Positions 24,984 to 35,624 of a DNA stretch of 64,000 nucleotides are shown piece by piece. Position numbers and translations under genes: made by a program. Source of the stretch: Mobula hypostoma (Eukaryota); NCBI RefSeq assembly GCF_963921235.1, contig NC_086097.1, positions 42,100,001-42,164,000 on the forward strand, written 5' to 3'. The number at the start of each line of letters is the position of its first letter. Position 1 is the first letter of the stretch. A model generated the notes under the pieces. It worked only from the letters and a program-made list of their open reading frames with translations, ran no database searches and was not told the DNA's origin.

Positions 24984-26396
24984 GGCTACATCCACACTAG
25001 ACCGGATAATTTTGAAAACGCTGGTTTCGCGTAAAAACAAAATACCTCCATCTACGTTAAAACGGGTACTTGGGCGAATCTCCTCCTGCTGGGCATGCGC
25101 AGGACACATCTACAGAAAACAAAGCGAAGAGGAAACAGTATACTATTTCCGTTTCCGTGGCGGCGTTGTGCTATCTCCATTGGTCAAAAACTAGAGTACC
25201 TACAACAACAGCGAAAGAAAGTTTTCAAAAATGTCTTTGAGGAATACAAGGAAAGCCTTTGCTGGAAAAAGCAGACCGGACTTCTTCGTTTGGACAGACA
25301 AGTTACAAATAACTACAAAGTCAGCAAAGCAGTGGAGAACGTGGGACTGGGAGACGTGCCAAACCAAATACAACGACATCCTCGACTGCTATAAAGAACG
25401 CTATATGTATTCAAGAAAACAATGAAATGCCACACTGCTGCCACCATCTGTTCCCGCACATCCTGACAGCGTTTTTTAAAAGCTCCGGTTACCCCGTACA
25501 CACTACACCGCCCAGCCGGCGTTTTCAGATTTACGCAGTCAGTCCACGTCCACACTAGACTAGATAAATCCATAACCGAAGCTTTTTCTCTTCGCTTTGA
25601 CCCTCCGTACACACTGAAACGGCGTTTTCCTCTCCCGAAAATGGAGCTTTTCTAAAATGCTCTCCAGAGTGTGTAAATCTGGAAACACTGGTTGGGCGGT
25701 GTAGGGTGTACAGGGTACTGGAGCTTTTTAAAAACGCAGTCATAACGTGCGGGAACAGATGGCGGTAGCAGCGCAGCATTTCATTGTTTTCTTGAATGTA
25801 TATAGCGTTCTTTATAGCAGTCGAGGATGTCATTGCATTTGGTTTGGCACAACTCCCAGTCCCACGTTCTCCACTGCTTTGCTGACTTTGTAGTCATTTG
25901 TAACTTGCAGAAGCAGCTCGACTTCATCGTCTGTCCAAACGAAGAAATCTGGTCTACTTTTTCCAGCAGAGGTTTTCTTTGTATTCCTCGAAGACATTGT
26001 TGAAAACTTACTTTCACTATTGTTGTAGGTACTCTCATTTCTGACCAATGAAAATAGCACAATGCCGCCGCGGAAACAGAAATAGTATACCGTTTCCTCT
26101 TCACTTGTTTTCTGTGGATGTGTCTTGCGCATGCCCAGTAGGAGGAGATACGCCCAATTACCCGTTTTAATGTGGACGGAGGTATTTTCAAAAACACCTG
26201 GTGTGGACGCCTATTGTTTTACGCGAAACCGGCGTTTTCAAAATTATTTGGTCTAGTGTGGATGTAGCTTCTGGACAGCATTTTAGAAAAGCTCCGTTTT
26301 TGGGGGAGGAAAACGCCATTTCAGTATGCACAGAGGGTCAAAACGAAGAGAAAAAGCTTTGGTTACTGATTTATCCGGTCTAATGTAGATGCAGCC
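24984..26396 (+). mobile_element. Non-autonomous PIF/Harbinger element (outer copy)
   Basis: TIRs GGCTACATCCACACTAGACCGGATAA / TTATCCGGTCTAATGTAGATGCAGCC; 3-bp flanks TGA/TAA; Myb/SANT-like peptide remnant. Confidence 0.85.
25542..26269 (-). mobile_element. Second copy of the same Harbinger element, inserted in opposite orientation within the first
   Basis: Own TIRs GTCCACGTCCACACTAGAC / GTCTAGTGTGGATGTAGCT; flanks TCA/TCT; encodes FFVWTDDEVELLLQVTNDYK..ENV/DWELCQTKCNDIL. Confidence 0.85.
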
Positions 26397-27659
26397 TAAG
26401 TGGCTGTACCAAAAACTTTGTAACCTAGCTGTAACTTCTAATGAATTGTTTAATCTGTAAGTTGAATTCCCTGCTTTTTTTCAGAAAAGACACTATGAAC
26501 ACCATAAGCACTTTTGCTCTTTCATTAATCTTGATAAATTAAAGAAAACCTGAATAACACAAAATAAGTCTCATGTGTTTCAGTACATTTACAACATGTG
26601 TCAGTAAGTCTTTCTACAAGATTTACAAGTTTGATAAATTTTGTCTTCAAACTGCAATGAAAGAGAACATCACACACAGGGGGCACTATTCAGGAAGTTT
26701 AGAGCAGAAAGCAAGGATGAAACAGTGTTGTAGTTTTTTAATAGAAGATTCATTTATTTTAAGACACCCATAATTCATTTCTGGAGAGATTTTTTTTAAA
26801 TGAGAAATAGGAACTAATATAATTCAGTTTCCATGTCTGCCCTTCACCTTCACCTAAATTAAAAATCAGTGTCGGTTCAGCATAGTAACCTTCCTTTTGC
26901 CATTTTTTACCAATGCCTGTAGTTGCTGGACAAGTTTAAAATAAAGAGAACAATGTCCAGAATTTGTTTCTGACAACATTTTCAACCACATTAATTTTAA
27001 TCAGACTGCCACCATTCATTCACAGTAAAGTACAGATTTACAGTGCTAGAGGCTCCAAAGTGTTACTTAAAGGGCCAGACATACTTCTCCTGCAGTCATA
27101 AACATGGTGCTGCACAACACTCTGTAAAAACTGATTCAATCGGGAATCATGGCACCCATTAGTTTCAGTCTTTCCTTGTTCTAAAATTTGGTGCCCAAAA
27201 ATACTAGAAGAAATCCTGCAAAATGGACACTGGCTCCATCATTATCAAATCCAAAGTGAGTAAGATGCAGAAGAAAGACACCTTATTAAAGAGATGGCAC
27301 CAGAAACCAAAGTCAACTTGCACAAGTAAATAAAGTGTGAAGGAGGAACAAGTGCAAGTTTTCAGAGCCCAGTTAATCGGCAATGACAATGGCACCAGAT
27401 ACCTTAGTCAACTTGACCTCAGAGCTCTGAAAGAAACCAGCAGTGTTCTCACTACTAAGAAGTGTTGAAAGGGAGTGCGTGCATGCTCTAGTAGGACAGA
27501 GGAACATTCCTAGGCTAGTAGAAGCTAGATCATGTGGTAATGTTCCAGAAAGTGACAGTGATACTGCAATCACTACAGGCAGCACATGAAGGAGCTTGGA
27601 TTCAATATGATCAAGTGTCATGCTGAGCGAAGGATTGTCTGTTTATATATTTATACATT

Positions 27660-27874
27660 TTTTGAGATTCCATGCAGACTAAGCCCTTCCGGCTTTTTGA
27701 GCCTAATCATGGACAGTTTACAATTAACCTACTGTGGGAGGAAACTGGAGCACCTGGAGGAAACCCATGTGGTCACAGGGAGAATGTACACACTGCTACA
27801 GGCAGCAGTGGGAATTGAACCCAGGTCACCTGTATTGTAAAGCATTGTGCTAACCACTACACTACTGTGCTGCC
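27660..27874 (-). mobile_element. tRNA-derived V-SINE (HE1-like)
   Basis: Minus strand: A box TAGTGTAGTGG, B box GGTTCAATTCC, V-domain TTCTCCCTGTGACCACATGGGTTTCCTCCAGGTGCTCCAGTTTCCTCCCACA. Confidence 0.85.
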
Positions 27875-28042
27875 TAATCCCTCCTGTGAAGAAAGGGTGG
27901 AGAATACTTTTCGTGCCAACTCCTGTATCTTTTTCTTGTTCTGTACTGATGGATTTGGAACCACACTTCTTATCTTACTGTACTTATTTTGGCATTTCTC
28001 CCTGCAGTTGATTTAAGGAAGAGGAGCCTGCAGAAACCATTT

Positions 28043-28085
28043 GGGTAGGGGTAGGGGTAGGGGTAGGGGTAGGGGGAGGGGGAGG
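28043..28085 (+). repeat. (GGGGTA)n / (GGGGGA)n G-rich tandem repeat, potential G-quadruplex
   Basis: Seven runs of 3-5 G separated by 1-2 nt. Confidence 0.85.
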
Positions 28086-30168
28086 CGACTAAGACCTAAT
28101 TTGAGTTGGATAAATCAGAGCTTTACCTGGCCGTTTAAGGCTTGTCTCTGTCTCTTGAAAGCTGCAAAAATTCAAACTCAAGAACCTTCAGTTAGTCAGG
28201 ATTAAAACAGCATTCAGAAACTAATGTTGTGTCTATAAAAGAGAATTATTAACATTTCTTTAAAGTCTATAAATTATTTGCTGTTAATTGCTATAATTTA
28301 AAAATTCTTAGCTAATCTGTAGTTTTAAATATATTGATTAAATTGAATTAGTACACAACATCTCATTTATAAACCTTATAATTTATAAGTGCATTAGCCT
28401 TAGATTGTCGTCATTAAAATAAATATATTCATCTACTCTTAAAACCATTAACATCCTTTGATTTACGCAAACATTCTTAGGCTATTTTTCTCATTCGAAA
28501 TTAAATGCTTGGTACAAAGATACACTGAATGATTAAAAGATTTTTCTTCAAAGTGAAAGAATATCAAAGAATTGAGGTTCATAGAGGGTGAGGCATAAAG
28601 AGCATTAGAAAAAGAATTCAAAGTTCAGAAACCAGACCAAGCAACTGAAGGCACTGTCATTAATGAAGAATGAGCAGACACTAACATAGAGCCCACTGTA
28701 CAACATCTCTATTATACTCTCTCACAATTACGCAGTATTCTTCATGGAAAAATAAAGTGTTCTTAAACTTACATAATAACTTATTAATATGACAAGACTG
28801 GAGTGATATCTTGCTCTTCAAAGACTCTTGCTCAGATGCATAATGCTGCACATAATGCACATAATAGTGAGTTTCATCATTAATGTTTGCTTTTGCTGAA
28901 AGATGTTTTTGACAACATGGAAAGCGATTCAGTCTCCAGGTTCTTCTGTGAACAATTGTTGCAGGAAGGATGCATAAAAATCTAAAGTGGAATCAAATTA
29001 ATAATGGGTCTCTGTCTTATGTATGCTTAGTGGAAGTCAATTTTCCTGATCAAGTTGACGATGACTGCTAACAGTTTGCATATCATCATCTTGCAGATGT
29101 AAACTGAGGAAATGAACTGACAGAACAGAAGACTTTGGTGAGGTTAATAGAAGACCAGGGAATTCACCGTGGGCTTCGGGAAAGGGAACACACACCAGCC
29201 CTCATCAGGGAATCAGCAGTAGAAAGGGTGAGCAGTTTCACGTTCCTGAGTTTCAACATCTCTGAAAATTTATCCTGGGTCCAACATATTGATGAAATCA
29301 CAAAGAAGGCACAACAGTGGCTATATTTCATTAGGAGTTTGAGGAGTACCATGGAGAGCTTTCTAACTGTCTGGCATGGAGGACCCACTGCATAGGTTTA
29401 GAAAAAGCTGCATAAAGGTTGTAGACTCAGTCATGGACACTGGCATCCTCAGCATTGAGGACTCCTTCAATAAATGATGCTGCAAGAAGGCGGCATCCGT
29501 CATCAAGGACCCCCATCGCTCAGGACACACCATCTTCTTATTACTGCCTTCAAGGAGGAGGTAGAGGAGCCTGAAGAGGCACGCTCAACATTTCAGGAAC
29601 AGCTTCTTCCCCTCTGCCATCAGATTTCTGCATGAACAATGAACTCATAAACACTTCCTCACTTTTACCTTTCTCTTTTTGCTTGCTTTACTTAGTTAAT
29701 TTAATTTTTTATATACAGTGGGTTCCAGTTAATTGGGCCATCAGTTAATCACATTAATTGGTTATTTGGGACAACTCTTACTAATCAAGAAAATAGCCTG
29801 GATTCCCTGAGTTTATTTGGGACATTATGCCGCTTAGCCTGGGACAGAAGACTGTTGCTGAACAGTTTCTAACTAGCGTCAGTTGCATGAGCTTGAGTGG
29901 GTGTTAAACACTGCACCATGCTTAGAGCAAACAGTTTTCAAATACTGTCAGTTGTGTGTGTTTGTGTTCAAAAGCAATGATTTTTGTCAAGAAATCATTG
30001 GCAGGAAATAAGCAGTAAGACAATTTGGAACTGTTTTGCTCGCTGTGGTTTGAAACATTCTGACTTGGAAGTGCCAGAAATGTCAAGAGTGAAAATGAAA
30101 TGATTTCATGACTTCAACAAGTTAGGTACTATGAAGAATTTTAAGGTATTGACAAATATCTTAAATGT

Positions 30169-31240
30169 TACCTTTGGTTCCCATCGGATACTCAGCTCCC
30201 ACCTGAGGCTCCAAGCAGATGATTGCATGAGACAGTGGCCACACCCCTATACAATGCACAACAGGCGGGCGAAACCAGGTCTGGGTAGCTGGTGGGTCTC
30301 AAACCCTGGTGAGAAAGGGACATGTCTGACATAGCATGAAAAGTCAGCTGGGGCGGTCTGAGCAGATGGGATCTACAGTGAGATCCAATGGCCAGGAAGG
30401 TGGTTCTGGAACACGACATGGACAGCGAAGCGCATGACAAGGCATAGAAGTCATGGTCATACACTGCAACCGGGGAAGACCCCAGTTGTGACATCCACTC
30501 ATACCACTGGGCCTGGACTTCTGAGGTCAAGAGAGTGGAACTGCCACAGTGGAATGGCTTTTCCACTTTTTTTTTAGATTATGAAGACACTTAGTCCTCT
30601 TTTATTGTCATTTAGTAATGCATGCATTAAGAAATGATGCAATATTTCCTCCAGTGTGATATCACAAAACACAGGACAGACCAAGACTGAAAAAACTGAC
30701 AAAACCACATAATTATAACATATAGTTACAACAGTGCAACAACACCATAACTTGATGAAGAAGTCCATGAGCACAGTAAAAGTTCAAAGTCTCTCAAATA
30801 CCCCACATCTCACGCAGACGGGAGAAGGAAGAAAAACTCTCCCTTCCATGCCGACCACAGTCTGACTCTGAGTCATCCGAAAACTTCGAGCTCTGATCAG
30901 CTCTCCGACACCGAGTACTGAGCGCCATCTCTGTCCAAACGATTCGACCTCAACCTCGGTCGCCAACAGCAGGCAAAGCCGGGGATTTTGAGGCCTACCC
31001 TCCGAAAGATTCCCAACCACGCAGTAACGACAGCAGCGAACGAGCATTTCAGAAATTTCTCCAGATGTTCCTCTGTGCTTTAAGTCCATTCTCCATCAAA
31101 TCAGAATTGTCCATGGCCCCTATTTAACAGATACAATATCACTTTTCACCGGAGGGCTGCGCACGCGCAGTGCGCTGCTCCCTCTCCTCCCGCCAGCACA
31201 GGTTTCCTGTCATCATCAGATACGAGAGACAAGCACCATT
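30169..31240 (+). mobile_element. Probable non-coding, RTE-related non-autonomous element, itself interrupted at 30576-31195
   Basis: Abrupt GC-richer block inside the AT-rich Tigger; family assignment is tentative. Confidence 0.4.
30576..31195 (-). mobile_element. Young non-coding SINE-like / LINE-derived element
   Basis: CpG-rich 5' end (GGCGGGAGGAGAGGGAGCAGCGCACTGCGCGTGCGC); minus-strand AATAAA near the 3' end, next to an A-run. Confidence 0.55.
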
Positions 31241-33671
31241 GGTAGTGTTCTAATTTGTTCTGTATTTCATTTAAATATATAAAATGTTACTCAGTTAAAT
31301 AGTTGCTTGTCTTTTTAACTATTTCGATGAAACTTTGGATATTTGGGGCAGCCGGTTAATTGGGACAAAATGTAGTGGGTCCAGTGTGTCCCAATTAACT
31401 GAAATCCACTGTATATTTCTTACTGTAAATTATTATTTTTTATTACTATGTATTGCAATGTACTACTGCCACAGAACAACAAATTTCACAACATATGTCA
31501 GCAATAAACCTGAATCTGATTCTGATTTTCAAGGTCTTATACAGAAGTTTTATTATCTCCAGTGCACCAACACAGTTTTGCCCACCTGCGGAAAAGTGTG
31601 TTTGAAAAACAAGTTCAGTGCTATGCTTAAGGTTCGCCAGACGCGATGATCCCTACCCCGTCATATGACTGGGAGGCATGGACTACCCACTGTAGCCACC
31701 TCAAAGCACCAGAGGGGCACCATATACAGGTTACCTACAAGATCCAGGAGGATCATCTGCCAGTGGATTTGCCAGACTTTTGTCCGCCCTCAGACCGATA
31801 TACCCATCATCAAGGCTTTAATTACAACCTGACACCAGACTCCCAAAACTGACAGTCTGCCCCAAAATCCATTGTGGAAGGACAAAGGAAAAGCTTCGAG
31901 GATATTCTCAGCCTCCTTAGAAAGAAACATTAGGCATCTTCACCAACTTGTGTGAGCCCCTAGACCTTGAAGGACCAGAAGAGCTTTGTTCATCTTTGGT
32001 CTCTACAGAAGCAAGTGGGGGCCATGCACAAACTGGCAGAAGTAACAGAGGTTCTCTCACCGTGACAAAGGCCCGTCACTGACTACGGACGGCACATGAC
32101 GTACTCGGTAAAACACTCATCCCCAGCAGTAATAGTGACTGGGTCTGAAACAGAGCTGCTGCATGGAGGTGTCTCAAATAGAGGCAGCAGCAACCTGCGC
32201 AGGTGTGCTGATGGTGGAGGATACCATCTTTAATTGGATAATTGAGTTAATTAGCTTTTGGTTAGTCTAGGGGAGGGGCTTAGCAGTTATAAGCCTCAGG
32301 TCACCAAGGTTTTGGGGTAGTGGTGGTAATGCACCATTAAGCTGGATGCCAACTGCTGTAAGACAAGATATAGCCAGACAGGCTTTGGGGTCAGTTGTCT
32401 TCGGTGTTTAGTCTGAGGGTGGCTATATATATAGTTTTTTCCCCCAGTTTTTGTCTTGTTTTGAGGTAAATAAAAGCACCTCAATTTATTTTTGTGACTC
32501 AAGCCATCTGGTTATTTTTCTTAAACATTTGATCTTCAGTTTTTTGTGACACTCACTCACTTGTCCCATCAGGCATCTTCTCCTCTACTAATGGCAGTGT
32601 GTGCAGATTCCAGACAGGATCCTTCAGTCTCCTCAGATTCTACAGAATTAGAGTGAAAAAAGTCAGCATTGGCCCGAGAGAACCATCTAAGAAGGAAAGA
32701 AACAAAGAATTATTAAAATTGATGAAATGCTTTAGATCAGAATTGGAGAAAAGTACAGACTTTGGAGAATTGTTGATTTGTAAAGTATTCCAAACAGCTG
32801 AAGGAATAGAGAGAGATTTGAAAGCAAGGATGAAGATTTTGCAATTAGTAAACAGAAGGCTGGTAGGTAGAGAGGACACTGAGGGAGAAACCATGAGCCA
32901 TTTCCATGGAACATGTTCAGTTTTTGGACATGGAGGGACACTGAAACACTGACTTCCAAAGGGAGAAGGTAAAACGGGACATGAGCTTCAGAAAGGCCTG
33001 GTTGCGTCAGATTTGTGCTTCCTGGTATCTTTAGAAGTAGTAAAGCAGTGTTAGAAAGTAGTTAATTTAGCAATAAACCTTAGAGACAACATTAAGACAA
33101 TTGAAAGAACTGCCAGTGAATGAATTAACTAATATCTGCTTTGAAAGAAGTTAGATGTTGTGATGGTCAGATAACTAGCCATAACATAGATCAGAGAAAT
33201 TCCGATCTTTCCAAAGCAAGTCTTTGGAATTAAACAGTAAAGTTAAAGACCTACAACTTTAGTTGAGATATTACTATGTTGCCACAGAAGGCCAGTTGGC
33301 CCATCAAGTCCACGTTGGCTCCCTTTTTAGCTATCCACTAAGTCCCATTCCCCACCCTTTCCCAATAACTGTATGAATTATTTTTCTTCAGGTGCCTCTC
33401 TAATTCCCTTGTGAAAACCAAATTAAATCTGTCCACGCTGCACCTACAGCAAATGATTATCAGACTATAACTGCCCTTGTGTGAAAACAAATTCCAATAA
33501 AAAGATTTAAAAAGAAAGAAAGAAAGAACAAATTCCTTCCTTATATCACCCTGCATCTTTTAATTTAAATCTGTCCCTCCATCACTCCCTTTCAATCTTC
33601 AATCACTTATTAATGGCAATAATCTTAACTAAATCAGTCATGACCCTGTATCATCAGACTTAATGGTCAGT

Positions 33672-34445
33672 GATTCAAAGTACATTTATTATCGAAGTAT
33701 GCATGCAGCGAATTTCATCTTCCCCACAGACAGCCAGAAAATAAAGAAAAACCATGGAACCCATTCAAAGAAAAACATCAAACCCCACACATGCAAAAAT
33801 AAACAAATCACACAAAAATAAATGAATTGTGCTAATGACAACAAAAAAAAAATGAGCAAGAGACACAGGACATTCAGCTCAGCATTTGTTATCCACAGGC
33901 TGCCCTGTTTCAAAGTTGTCCAAAATAGCAACAAAAAAAAGAGAAATCAGAAACCAGAAAAACATCACTTCAATTAAGCCTTGCTCAAGAGCTGGAACTC
34001 CGGCACCATCTTCCGACAGCATCAAGGGAGAGAGAGACTATCACATGCAAATACCTTCCTCTGGCAGCTGTGAGCAAGAGGCTGTGAGCTGGTAAACAGT
34101 GCCGAACACCAGGCTGCCTTCCACACTTGTCTCGATGATTTCAATCTACCTTGGCACTTTAATTGGCAAGGTCGCCAAGAAACGAGTCAATCATTGGCTC
34201 GTGCCTCTTCTCCCAGCTTCTTGGCCTCAAGGTGGCATGCCTCCTGGATCACCTTCAGAGACAGCAAAGCACCAGATCATTCGATTGACCAACACCCAAA
34301 TGTGGATCATAGGCTCCAACTGTAGCAGAACCACGTGTAAAAGAAAAAGATGAGGTAAAAGAAGTGATAGAAGTACCTTCATGAACTGTCTAGAGAATGT
34401 CACTCTTGGTCATGCTGTTTGCTGGCGCCATCTTCTTCCAGAAAA
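33672..34445 (-). mobile_element. Non-coding Rex1-associated non-autonomous element
   Basis: Minus 5' end AAGATGGCGCCAGC; 3' end AATAAATGTACTTTGAATC resembles Rex1 tails; no ORF2 motifs. Confidence 0.5.
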
Positions 34446-34654
34446 CAGTTCAAATCAACAGATAGATAATGTGTGTTAGTATTGGATAAACAAAAGAGAG
34501 AGCAGAGGGTGAAGAAGGTGCTTTGACAACATGGTAAGGTGCACCAGCAGGATGTTAAAAGGATAAAAAGAAAAATGCAGATGACTCTTGCATTATGAGG
34601 TGGTGGTGGGGTTTTGTTCATAGAATTTCTTCCCGATTGTGATTTTCCAGAATA

Positions 34655-34778
34655 TAGATGAAAGAAAAATAGAGGATTACAGGGGAAGGAGGGGTTAGGT
34701 TGATCTTGAAGTAGCTTAAATGTTGGCACATCATAGACTGAAGGATCTGTACTGTGATGTACTGTTCTATGTTCTATG
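34655..34778 (+). mobile_element. CR1 3' tail
   Basis: Ends TGTACTGTTCTATGTTCTATG. Confidence 0.65.
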
Positions 34779-34828
34779 AACCTGTGCATATGTCAAAAAT
34801 GCAAATTGAAAACTATGTTTTCTGCTTA

Positions 34829-35075
34829 AACACGAGGAATTCTGCAGATGCTGGAAATTCAAGCAACACACATCAAAGTTGCTGGTTGAACGCAGCAGGC
34901 CAGGCAGCATCTCTAAGAAGCGGTACAGTCGACGTTTCGGGCCAAGACCCTTCGTCAGGACTAACTGAAGGAAGAGCTAGTAAGAGATTTGAAACGGCCC
35001 GAAACGTCGACTGTACCTCTTCCTAGAGATGCTGCCTGGCCTGCTGCGTTCACCAGCAACTTTGATGTATGTTGC
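34829..35075. mobile_element. 247-bp Penelope-derived mini-element: two inverted termini, non-coding
   Basis: Perfect 14-bp TSD ATGTTTTCTGCTTA (34815-34828, 35076-35089); about 80-bp inverted arms at 34863-34943 and 34996-35075. Confidence 0.88.
34926..34967 (-). ncRNA. Intact minimal hammerhead ribozyme motif
   Basis: Minus: CAGTTAGTC-CTGACGA-AGGGTCTTGGCCC-GAAAC-GTC-GACTG. Confidence 0.82.
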
Positions 35076-35624
35076 ATGTTTTCTGCTTATTTATTTTTAC
35101 CACACAATTTTCATAAGAATGAATTTTTATTCCATATCCCAGATATATTGGTTATGATTTGTAGATTTCATCATGGCGAACTTCCACAAATCAAACCGCT
35201 GTATTATGGAGGCTGGCTGTACTGGAGACAGTACTAGAAACGATGACAAAGAGTCTCAGTTCTGAAACGTTTACTCCATTGTTGTTCGCGCAGACGCTGC
35301 TCTAAGCTAAGTGTTAACTTCAATTTCTGTTTTTATTTCAGATTTTCAGCATCTGCAGGCTTCTTTTCAAAAATTTTCATTGGACATTACAGGAATCCTA
35401 GATGCAAATAAATAAATATTTTGGTGTTGTGTCAGAAAAAAATAGTGCTTGGTTTTGATGATGATATGAATTGCCAATGGAAAATTCAAACAAGTGCAGA
35501 GCTCTGGGGTACAAGGTGGGAACTGGAGGTGTTGGAATAGCTGCTTCAATGGATAATCAATGTACAATGCTCAAATTAGCTGTAATTTTAGAATAGAACA
35601 TACATAGAATAGTACAGCACAGTC

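Larger units (their letters stand above)
29716..31411. mobile_element. Non-autonomous Tigger/pogo-like (Tc1/mariner) DNA transposon with nested insertions
   Basis: TIRs CAGTGGGTTCCAGTTAATTGGG / CCCAATTAACTGAAATCCACTG (20/22 match); TA on both flanks. Confidence 0.85.
29150..31527 (+). mobile_element. Rex1 3' fragment whose 3' UTR is split by a Tigger-like element
   Basis: KKAQQWLYFIRSLR; the UTR resumes at 31414 and ends in (CTGATT)n. Confidence 0.75.

Noticed and set aside
27204..27620. Possible decayed processed pseudogene (faint RPL6-like words: RNP, APETKV, GNDNGTR)
   Set aside because: The matches are short, lie in different frames and have inconsistent spacing; unsupported without BLASTX.
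27805..27874. tRNA-like sequence
   Set aside because: It is the SINE head fused to a V-domain, not a functional tRNA gene.
30169..30290. Possible HDV-like ribozyme at the 5' end of the RTE-like piece (CAG-CTCCCAC-CTG, GGCGAA)
   Set aside because: No convincing P1, P1.1 or P2 pairing could be built by hand.
32599..32952. 117-aa plus-strand ORF in apparently unique DNA
   Set aside because: No recognisable domain and a non-ATG start; probably a chance ORF over decayed LINE sequence.
35160..35240. CpG-containing stretch with short open frames (FHHGELPQIKPLYYGGWLYWRQY)
   Set aside because: No recognised homology and no paired splice sites.
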